Virus record (IMG/VR): IMGVR_UViG_3300036893_000002
Coordinates: 1-62,337 of that record
Source: a virus
Taxonomy: Duplodnaviria > Caudoviricetes
Reading direction: 5' to 3' (one strand)
Length of the DNA stretch: 62,337 bases
Of this stretch, positions 50,131-57,652 are shown piece after piece. The first letter of the stretch is position 1; every line of letters begins with the position of its first letter. Below the pieces are notes generated by a model. That model saw nothing but the letters and a program-made list of their open reading frames with translations. It had not been told where the DNA came from and searched no databases. Position numbers and translations under genes: made by a program.

Positions 50131-51129
50131 TTATAGAGCCGAAGACATTCTTTTTGAACCATGGGCAGGGTTTTTCATACTTCTATTTTGAGTGGAGGTG
50201 TTACTATTACCTTGACCTTTACGCATTATTGATAATCCTATAACACTACCTAAAGCTGCTACAGCAGCCACAGGACCTAAAGTAGCCATTCTAAGCTCGT
50301 TCTCTACACTCATCATCGAAGAAGAAAAACCTTTACGTCCTAGTTTAGAACGTCTCATATTTACTTGTTCTATTAAACTAGCTGAAGCTTGTCTACTTGT
50401 CTTGACTCCAGCAACTTCCGCCCTTTCTAACCATTTAGGATCACCCATGTTTGACCAAGCCAGTCTTTCAGATTCAATAGACAAAGGACCTCGTTTTGGA
50501 CCCATTGCTTTAGCATTTTCATTATATAGATTCAACATATTTTCAGCTACAGGTTTAGAATGTTTCTTATTAAATATTTCTCCTAATGAGGGGGTTTTAG
50601 CTATTTCGGATTTGATAAAAGAATTATCTTTATTAGCATAATGAGCTGCATGAATACGTTCATGAGTTACACCACTAAGATTGAATGGATTACCTCCAAC
50701 CCATCCTATCAACCATCGGTTATAGACTACTGGATCAACACCAGTAAACTTAGCATGAATAATTGCTGGTGAAACTTTACTATATGTTTTGGTTGCTACT
50801 TCTCTTGACATCATATTTGTAGCTTTATTAAAATGTGCTTTTATATGCGATGGTTCTAACTGTTTTTCATGTAACGGACCAAATGATCCTTCACGTTTTG
50901 CATAACGAGATATTCTCTTTAAACTAGATTCAGTTGGTACTGCTCCTTTACTAGCCATATAAAGTATCATCTTTAAAGCACGTGAGTCTTGTACTAATCC
51001 CCCGCCAGCCATATAACCCATTGGTCCAAACATACCAATCATTTCTTTGAAGCCAACTACAGCTTCACCACGAGAGGCTAAGACAGCATCAGATAAGTTT
51101 GGTTTAAAAAAAGGATTTGAATTATTCAT
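50131..51129 (-). CDS. Basic hypothetical protein with HERIH (HExxH) motif and C-terminal hydrophobic helix
   Basis: VTHERIHAAH; LGPVAAVAALGSVIGLSIM. Confidence 0.5.
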   Translation of the reverse strand: MNNSNPFFKPNLSDAVLASRGEAVVGFKEMIGMFGPMGYMAGGGLVQDSRALKMILYMASKGAVPTESSLKRISRYAKREGSFGPLHEKQLEPSHIKAHFNKATNMMSREVATKTYSKVSPAIIHAKFTGVDPVVYNRWLIGWVGGNPFNLSGVTHERIHAAHYANKDNSFIKSEIAKTPSLGEIFNKKHSKPVAENMLNLYNENAKAMGPKRGPLSIESERLAWSNMGDPKWLERAEVAGVKTSRQASASLIEQVNMRRSKLGRKGFSSSMMSVENELRMATLGPVAAVAALGSVIGLSIMRKGQGNSNTSTQNRSMKNPAHGSKRMSSAL

Positions 51130-51134
51130 AAATT

Positions 51135-51158
51135 AGAAAGGGTAGCCTGAGCTACCCT
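51135..51158 (-). terminator. Possible terminator
   Basis: Minus strand AGGGTAGC-TCAG-GCTACCCT then TTCT; a second hairpin CCTGTCC/GGACAGG lies at 51178-51195. Confidence 0.5.
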
Positions 51159-51203
51159 ATTTGAAGGTACAGCTAATCCTGTCCTTTTGGACAGGTGGGG
51201 AAA

Positions 51204-51953
51204 TTATACTTCGATGTCAGCTATTGCATTTCTTACTTGGTCAGCTATAGCAGACTGACGAGTGCTTAGATCGTTACCATTCTTACCTTGATAAGCTTTG
51301 AGTTTTCTTGTCTTGGCTTTTTCAGTCTTTTCCATATCATCAAGTTTCATTCTTCTGGCTGTACGGATTTCCTGAATAATCTCTTGATTGGCATGAACCT
51401 TCTGTTCATAAGATAAAGCCTCACCTGTCTGTAAATCAACTTCTTTTACTGATAGATCAGTCATTGAAGCAGCTTTACCTTCAGCCATAATCAGAGTGCA
51501 TCTACGTTCCTGGACGTCCATAACAACTAGTTCTGCTATATCTGATTTCTCTGTTGCTGTAAGATCTGCTATACCTTTACCAAGATCCTTAGTCCAGTCT
51601 ACGAACTTCTCGGATACATAGTCAGATTCTATAGGACAAATATCACCAATAGGGGCTTTATGCATCTCAAAAAGAGGGCAAGTGCCTGCTACAGGACAAT
51701 GCTCACCAGCACACTTCATAGGAGCTGAAGCAGCGACTCCTAATACATTCTGGGCCTGCTTATAAATATCCATCTTCTGCTGTTCTACTTCTGTTAGCTC
51801 GATTTTCTTATTCTGAAGTAGAAAGTTAAGCAGTTTCTGTGGTGTAGTAACATCTATAACAGCTATATTAGAAACGGGAGGAGCAGGTGCCACTTCGGGG
51901 ATTGAAGTAGCACCTACTGGTTCAGGCGATGAGCTCTTTGGCTTCTTAGGCAT
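51204..51953 (-). CDS. Cys-cluster coiled-coil protein (terminase small subunit candidate)
   Basis: C-x4-C-x5-C...CPIE followed by helical region; upstream of terL. Function is inferred only. Confidence 0.3.
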   Translation of the reverse strand: MPKKPKSSSPEPVGATSIPEVAPAPPVSNIAVIDVTTPQKLLNFLLQNKKIELTEVEQQKMDIYKQAQNVLGVAASAPMKCAGEHCPVAGTCPLFEMHKAPIGDICPIESDYVSEKFVDWTKDLGKGIADLTATEKSDIAELVVMDVQERRCTLIMAEGKAASMTDLSVKEVDLQTGEALSYEQKVHANQEIIQEIRTARRMKLDDMEKTEKAKTRKLKAYQGKNGNDLSTRQSAIADQVRNAIADIEV

Positions 51954-52616
51954 TTAAACCTCTCTATCTTCGGAAGAATCCTTAATTTCAATGGCAGTTA
52001 ATTCTGCCGCTTGTTCTTCCTCTGTAGGGGGCTTAGTAATATGTTTTATAACAGCTGCCTCTAATTCTAAATCTTTAACTATAATCTTCTTAATAAGTAT
52101 ACCATCATTTGTCGATTCTATAATAACCTTACCACCTTTGATAGCGTGAGTACCAGTCTTTTCTTCAAGTAGTTCCAATAATCTTTCTAAATCTGGATCA
52201 GTAACTACAGGGGAATAATTTGCCCACTGATAATTAGGAACATTGACGATAGAAGGAGCAATAGGAACATTCCAAGTACCGCTAACATAAGTAGGGTCTC
52301 CTATATATCCAGAAGTGCCTGTAGTAATAGTACCTGTAGTAATAGCATTGTTATATAACATACCTGAACCCGCAGTATTAACCATTAGATTACCATTTGA
52401 ATCTGTAATTGAAGGTATAGTCCCTGTTGTTATATTACTATCGGCTAAATTAGATGTGCTATGAAAATTAGTCTGTGCAACAGGAACCTGAGCTCCCTGA
52501 AAACTCGTACATACTGTATCGTTTTCTCCTGGCACCCATTTCTCCTCAGTGACGACCGCTTTTTTAATTCTCTGTGCTGCTGTAGTAAAAGACCAAATTG
52601 AATTCTGCCCAGTCAT
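51954..52616 (-). CDS. Hypothetical protein
   Basis: 220-aa ORF with a Thr-rich middle. Confidence 0.5.
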   Translation of the reverse strand: MTGQNSIWSFTTAAQRIKKAVVTEEKWVPGENDTVCTSFQGAQVPVAQTNFHSTSNLADSNITTGTIPSITDSNGNLMVNTAGSGMLYNNAITTGTITTGTSGYIGDPTYVSGTWNVPIAPSIVNVPNYQWANYSPVVTDPDLERLLELLEEKTGTHAIKGGKVIIESTNDGILIKKIIVKDLELEAAVIKHITKPPTEEEQAAELTAIEIKDSSEDREV

Positions 52617-53110
52617 TATACTTCTCCTAATAAAGTAGTCTGTTGATTAATAGATTCACCCAAGAAATCCTTTATTGAGCGAGCCACAATTGGATGAGGG
52701 AATACTTGTGGTCTCTTTAATACTATCTGTTCTACTGCTTGATCCCAAGTACAATGAGTCTTAAACATTAAATAAGCAGCTACTATACTTGTAGACCGAG
52801 AAATTCCAGCGTGGCAATGAACAATGATTTTCTCATTATTCTTTACAGCTGTATCTATACATAAAATACCAAATACAATATTATCAGGATGTATTGGATA
52901 TCCATCCCAAATACTAATTTGATTAATTATAAAATCCTTATCAGAAAGAACAGTATGTATTTCATCCGTACAATTAAGTATATGCTTTATACCTTCTGGG
53001 TTTTTATACGCCAGGGAAGCCGCAGCTCCAAAGGTGCCAATATAAATACAATCGGTAATCTGATCTATTGGATTAGCACCAATACTAATCATACTATAAG
53101 GATTCGTCAT
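52616..53110 (-). CDS. Dual-specificity protein phosphatase
   Basis: IYIG..GIKHILNC..D..VHCHAGISRS (CX5R)..AYLM..KRP. Confidence 0.9.
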   Translation of the reverse strand: MTNPYSMISIGANPIDQITDCIYIGTFGAAASLAYKNPEGIKHILNCTDEIHTVLSDKDFIINQISIWDGYPIHPDNIVFGILCIDTAVKNNEKIIVHCHAGISRSTSIVAAYLMFKTHCTWDQAVEQIVLKRPQVFPHPIVARSIKDFLGESINQQTTLLGEV

Positions 53111-53799
53111 ACTGGAAACTCCATTAGGGACTGTAACATAATATCATGAATCATCTGTCTCTCTTCCATTGACCAATAATCCCAGGCAATAGAAAAGTTA
53201 TAACCTGGTCTTAGAGAATGTAATGTCACTCTAACAGGATTAGTAGGGTCTCCTGATAATACCATAACTAAAGAAGACAATGTCTTAATCCAGGACTGAA
53301 AGATATCTACATCATATACATTAACATTTAGATAAAATCTAGTACTACCTTGTTCCCTTAGCTCTCTTTTTCTGGCCCTGAAATACATATCTGGTAAAAG
53401 ACCCCTTACAAAGGCCATATCTAATCTACCCAATTCCCCATAGACATTCTCACCCGTCCTATAAGGATATAAAACAGAAGCCTCACCTTCTGGCCTATCA
53501 AGAGGATGTCCAGAACAATACTCAGTAGACTTCATCCATATTCTATTATTAACTTCGTGTAATAGACTAATACCAGCCTGATCTATTGTAGACCAGTCTA
53601 TATTTTCTGGCCGCCCAAAAGGGAACTCCGGATCAATACTTACTTCTTGCTGGGCTCCAGGTATTTCTGAAGCAGGAACTCCAACAAATTCGGCCATAGT
53701 CTCCTGCCCTTCGGCATTGTCTCCCAAGTTCTCCATTTTAATCGATACCTCGGCAGCGGCCGGGCCAGAGATGATAGGTAAACCTTTATCATTTGACAC
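53107..53799 (-). CDS. Hypothetical protein
   Basis: 230-aa ORF in the operon. Confidence 0.55.
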   Translation of the reverse strand: MSNDKGLPIISGPAAAEVSIKMENLGDNAEGQETMAEFVGVPASEIPGAQQEVSIDPEFPFGRPENIDWSTIDQAGISLLHEVNNRIWMKSTEYCSGHPLDRPEGEASVLYPYRTGENVYGELGRLDMAFVRGLLPDMYFRARKRELREQGSTRFYLNVNVYDVDIFQSWIKTLSSLVMVLSGDPTNPVRVTLHSLRPGYNFSIAWDYWSMEERQMIHDIMLQSLMEFPV

Positions 53800-53989
53800 T
53801 TATACCTCTCACTGGTCCCCAAGCCATAGGCGGACCTGTTAGGATGGCTAATAAATTTGGCATTAATCTTCGTGGATGTTCATGAATCATATCTCGTACA
53901 CAATCCCACTCAGAAGAATCACTCCAAGTTCTCCAAGACAACCTATATCTCTTAGGAGGTCTATCTTCGTCCTTATATGAATAACTCAT
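53789..53989 (-). CDS. Small hypothetical protein
   Basis: 66 aa, fills a gap, preceded by a promoter-like sequence. Confidence 0.45.
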   Translation of the reverse strand: MSYSYKDEDRPPKRYRLSWRTWSDSSEWDCVRDMIHEHPRRLMPNLLAILTGPPMAWGPVRGISVK

Positions 53990-53995
53990 AAGTTA

Positions 53996-54024
53996 ATAAT
54001 ACCATAAATTGTAAGAAGCACCAA
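53996..54024 (-). promoter_or_regulatory. Sigma70-like promoter with extended -10
   Basis: TTGGTG-17 nt-TATTAT with TGn, 6 nt before the ATG at 53989. Confidence 0.35.
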
Positions 54025-54513
54025 CTATGATAGGTAAGCACTTATATATCGGTTAGGCCAGAAGGTATTTACAGCGGGTTTACAAGCAGCTATAGCAGAC
54101 TTAGTTAACTCTGGTTTACTATTTACAATACAATGAAGGTAGGCTACGAGGGATATATCACTTGGATTAGTATACTTCTCATCTATAGACTTAATAGCTA
54201 ATGCCAGCATATGACCTATAATAAACACCGACACAGCTCTATCTTTCTTACAATACTCAATCAATTCCTGGATCTGGGGAGTCTCATCAAGGATTTTACG
54301 CAGCATATCTATCCCACTTGCTAATCCACAAGTGACGGTAAATTCAATAGATTCAATGTGATCAATACAGGTCCTTAGCATTACCAAAGCCCTGCGGAGA
54401 TCTCCTTCAATGTCCCTTTCTCCATAGATCCCAGAAGCACACGATCCAGAGTATGAGCAAGGTAAGACATCCGCCAAGGTAAAGTTGTGAAGCTTCGTCA
54501 AGTCTGAAGACAT
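54025..54513 (-). CDS. Hypothetical protein
   Basis: 162-aa ORF. Confidence 0.5.
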   Translation of the reverse strand: MSSDLTKLHNFTLADVLPCSYSGSCASGIYGERDIEGDLRRALVMLRTCIDHIESIEFTVTCGLASGIDMLRKILDETPQIQELIEYCKKDRAVSVFIIGHMLALAIKSIDEKYTNPSDISLVAYLHCIVNSKPELTKSAIAACKPAVNTFWPNRYISAYLS

Positions 54514-54516
54514 ACA

Positions 54517-54837
54517 TTATACAAGTCGTTCTTCTGAGTCATCATCTAAGTTAATAGAATCTAGAGTTCTATTATACTTTAAGTTATGACTCTGACAAAC
54601 AAGACCACTACCATACATACCATCCCAGTCATCACTACTTAATTGAACGTGACACTGAAGATGTTCCCTTAACCATTCGAATTCCTGTTCAGTTATATCT
54701 TTATAACACTGATCATTTATATAAGGCAGATCTGTCATTTCATTATATCTATAGACAGCATAGACAGAAGTCGGCTCCAGGAATCCCACCCGCACGCAGA
54801 ACTTCTCTGTCCCATAAATAAATAGAAATACAGGCAT
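54517..54837 (-). CDS. Hypothetical protein
   Basis: 106-aa ORF with GGAG RBS. Confidence 0.5.
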   Translation of the reverse strand: MPVFLFIYGTEKFCVRVGFLEPTSVYAVYRYNEMTDLPYINDQCYKDITEQEFEWLREHLQCHVQLSSDDWDGMYGSGLVCQSHNLKYNRTLDSINLDDDSEERLV

Positions 54838-54922
54838 TTAAAAGCATTCTCCGCCCCGCAATTTTAAAATTCATTTTCCTAAGTCTAAGATAATCAATAA
54901 CTTAGTATGTAATATTTACACA

Positions 54923-55531
54923 CTAAACATCTCTTTCCTCTCCCATAATAGCATCAATTTCGGCTTTAACAGAAGAAGTTTCTAAGAAGATGTTCTTGTC
55001 AGCAGTTGAAAAGACCTCTTTATTGATCCCAGTGACTGGCTTCATAGCCTTAGCATGGGTCTGGCACGCAATAGAAGGGAATATGGGACACGCAAGGTCT
55101 ATCCAAGCCACTATGGGACATTCTCCGTGATCTTTCAGGAAAACGGCCTGGGACTCCAATATACGATGCTTAGAATGAGCTTCATAGTTAGGCTTATGGC
55201 CGTTTTCATACTCTGTTACCCAAGCTCCCACGGTAATGGGTATATGGCCAAGAGTCTTATTACTGGGTATCAATAGATAGAATTCCTCAGGCCCTAACGG
55301 ATCTACATCAAGGGAAGGATTAGAAGCTGAAAGATAACCAATAGGGCCAAGGATAAGATTAGAGTGTGGCATAAGAGCTTTTATTGCTGCGGCAAGAGCC
55401 ATTTGATGATTAGTCAAGCCAAGTCCTTCTGGAATAATTTCGTCAAAGATAACAGTTTGGTGTGTCTTAGGGTCAGTAAATACTGTCTTTCCATTTTCAT
55501 GGATTAGTTTACCTGGTTCCTTTTCTTCCAT
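54923..55531 (-). CDS. Hypothetical protein
   Basis: 202-aa ORF with AGGAG RBS. Confidence 0.55.
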   Translation of the reverse strand: MEEKEPGKLIHENGKTVFTDPKTHQTVIFDEIIPEGLGLTNHQMALAAAIKALMPHSNLILGPIGYLSASNPSLDVDPLGPEEFYLLIPSNKTLGHIPITVGAWVTEYENGHKPNYEAHSKHRILESQAVFLKDHGECPIVAWIDLACPIFPSIACQTHAKAMKPVTGINKEVFSTADKNIFLETSSVKAEIDAIMGEERDV

Positions 55532-55543
55532 TTATTATCTCCT

Positions 55544-56017
55544 CTATATTTCCCTCTCTTCGCTTTCATCATACATATTTACAGCTTCTTCTGTCCTGAA
55601 GAGAATAGGTTCAGGAGAGTGATCAAGTATTGCATTATAGCGTTGGACAACATATCCAGGAGGAACAGCAGGGAAAGACGGATGGGCTAATAGGACACAT
55701 ATACAATATGTGTCATCGTCTTGGAATACCCTTGTAGGAAGAGAATCGGCTGGTATGTCAGGTGGAAGATACAACTGAGTACTACCTGTCATTATACCTA
55801 GTAATTCTGGAATAGGGATTACAAGTATCTTTTCCTGGCGGCCGTTTGCTCCATTGCTGAACAAGAATGCAGAGCTGGGCTGTGAGTTCTCCATTAACTT
55901 GGAAACAACAGCCTTAAGTTTATCTGAAGGACTTGTAAGTGAACTTGCAGGAGGGTAGATAGGCATACCATTCCAAAAGTCTTTGGAATCAGTAGTATCA
56001 CTCATAATTACCTCCAA
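55544..56017 (-). CDS. Hypothetical protein (probable start MSDTT at 56005)
   Basis: GGAGG RBS precedes the internal Met; first gene of the leftward block. Confidence 0.55.
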   Translation of the reverse strand: MEVIMSDTTDSKDFWNGMPIYPPASSLTSPSDKLKAVVSKLMENSQPSSAFLFSNGANGRQEKILVIPIPELLGIMTGSTQLYLPPDIPADSLPTRVFQDDDTYCICVLLAHPSFPAVPPGYVVQRYNAILDHSPEPILFRTEEAVNMYDESEEREI

Positions 56018-56083
56018 GTATATAAAAGGCTTACATGCGAGAGCTAATTTCTTTTCAAGTCGATTCGATTTTATTGTATACGA

Positions 56084-56095
56084 CTGGTTAGTATA
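56084..56095 (-). promoter_or_regulatory. TATACTAACCAG motif, copy 6 (head of leftward block)
   Basis: Exact 12-mer in the divergent intergenic region. Confidence 0.7.
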
Positions 56096-56252
56096 TAGAA
56101 AAGACCCTTGGCTAGTCGGGTTTTTTTAAGCAACATGCGAGGCAGAAAATGCCAAGTGGTTAATAGCCTAGAGAATGAGAGAGTGAGAGGATTGGGATGA
56201 ACGTTTCGAGCCCACCCGGTTCACTCTCAAATTAAACTAAAGGAGAATGACA

Positions 56253-56423
56253 ATGAATACCATCAAGCTGTTGCGTTACTTCTACAGACTGGTCAGGTCA
56301 ATAAGAAGAGAACACAGGTCAACTTGGTATGATGCATTCGTTTACACATTCAACCATTTTGAGTTGGGTTGGGTGGAAGAATGTGATCACTTAGTGTTCA
56401 GATTTACATCTCACATATTGTAA
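56253..56423 (+). CDS. Small early protein (56 aa, not in ORF track)
   Basis: AAGGAG RBS; MNTIKLLRYFYRLVRSIRREH...SHIL. Confidence 0.6.
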   Translation: MNTIKLLRYFYRLVRSIRREHRSTWYDAFVYTFNHFELGWVEECDHLVFRFTSHIL

Positions 56424-56456
56424 AGTTTCCATCTCACTTAACTAGATTATAGTTAA

Positions 56457-56540
56457 GTAATGTATTTCTATAACCTATTCTTTATGAGTAGGTTATAGAA
56501 TGTACATTACACAATGTGTACAGAGTAAAGGAGAATAACA
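56457..56540 (+). repeat. Structured intergenic element, copy A (long hairpin plus RBS)
   Basis: GTAATGTA-[TCTATAACCTATTC/GAGTAGGTTATAGA]-TACATTAC..TGTACAGA..AAGGAGAATA. Confidence 0.7.
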
Positions 56541-56885
56541 ATGACGTTTCAATTCCGTCCGTTTGGTATTGGATTCACAGATCTAACAAAGGAGGACATT
56601 AAGAAAGCAGCTGTTACAACAGCATCAACTGTTGTTGGTTGCGGGATCATTGCTGTGTCCAAGTCTTTGGAATACACAGCTAATGGTCTTGTTGCTGCGG
56701 CGGATGTTGTTACGAGTGTGCATGATGGATTCATTGCTACTTCTCACAGCTATTGTGAGAAGAGCACTCCAGTTGCACAGAAGACTAACCTTTTCCTTCA
56801 TACTTACGCCGAGAAGTGTGCGATGAAGCGTAAGGAGAGGATGGTAAAGTATCATGCTGTTCACATGTCTAAAGTGAACAATTAG
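56541..56885 (+). CDS. Hypothetical early protein
   Basis: 114 aa, AAGGAG RBS. Confidence 0.6.
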   Translation: MTFQFRPFGIGFTDLTKEDIKKAAVTTASTVVGCGIIAVSKSLEYTANGLVAAADVVTSVHDGFIATSHSYCEKSTPVAQKTNLFLHTYAEKCAMKRKERMVKYHAVHMSKVNN

Positions 56886-56965
56886 TAATGTATCTTACCA
56901 GCCTATTCGCAGTAGGCTGGTGAATGTACATTATGTAATATGTACAGATTACAAGGAGAATACCA
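56885..56965 (+). repeat. Structured intergenic element, copy B
   Basis: GTAATGTA-[TTACCAGCCTATT/AGTAGGCTGGTGA]-TACATTAT..TGTACAGA..AAGGAGAATA. Confidence 0.7.
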
Positions 56966-57127
56966 ATGACTGCATCTATGCGTCGGCGTATCTTTGGAAC
57001 AGAGGATATGTACAAGCCTGTTGTGGTTCGGACTGTTCCACCTCCGACCACATTCAAGCTGGGGAGGATTGCTGTTATCACTGTTGACAAGAACTGGAAG
57101 CCTCTTGTCAGAAAGGAGGGCAAGTAA
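56966..57127 (+). CDS. Small basic early protein (53 aa, not in ORF track)
   Basis: AAGGAG RBS; MTASMRRRIFGTEDMYKPV...RKEGK. Confidence 0.6.
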   Translation: MTASMRRRIFGTEDMYKPVVVRTVPPPTTFKLGRIAVITVDKNWKPLVRKEGK

Positions 57128-57128
57128 T

Positions 57129-57251
57129 ATGGATCAGTTCACTCAAGCAGCTGAGAAGTTGGTGTTCATTGCTCCATTATTGCCGTGGATTGGCATGGCA
57201 ATAACGGTAGTGGTAGTGACAGTGTGGTCCCACATCGTGGGGAAGGAGTAG
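57129..57251 (+). CDS. Small single-TM protein (40 aa)
   Basis: AGGAGG RBS; MDQFTQAAEKLVFIAPLLPWIGMAITVVVVTVWSHIVGKE is the 3' part of track ORF 56994-57251. Confidence 0.55.
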   Translation: MDQFTQAAEKLVFIAPLLPWIGMAITVVVVTVWSHIVGKE

Positions 57252-57353
57252 CAAGGATCTTAATGAAGCATTGTCTCATTGAGATCTTGAACTCGTTGTT
57301 AGGCTCACGTTTTACCGTGGTAGATGTAGAAGTATAAGTCTAAGGAGAATAAC

Positions 57354-57587
57354 GTGATGAAAAGCTATTTGGTTGACATTGACCTTGCCGTTACGTCTTA
57401 TCAGTCCTTGCTACCGTATATTCATTTGTTAGGGAGGCGAAAGGGATATTTTGAGGCTAAAACCACGAATAATCAGAGTGCTGTATTTCGTGGTTTTATC
57501 TCCAACCTGTCCGAGCTTGAGAAGATCTGTAAGGACTTGGAACACATCGGTGGGTATTACCACTGTACTGTTCGAGTTATGTTGTAA
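57354..57587 (+). CDS. Hypothetical early protein
   Basis: 77 aa, AAGGAG RBS. Confidence 0.55.
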   Translation: MMKSYLVDIDLAVTSYQSLLPYIHLLGRRKGYFEAKTTNNQSAVFRGFISNLSELEKICKDLEHIGGYYHCTVRVML

Positions 57588-57652
57588 TTGTATTTGCTGT
57601 ATGCATGGCGGGAGCTAGCTCCGGCTAAGTCTAGCACACCAAGAGGTGAGTT

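Noticed and set aside
56457-56965. CRISPR-like array interpretation of the repeated early elements
   Set aside because: Only two degenerate copies, separated by a protein-coding gene, with no constant repeat-spacer period.
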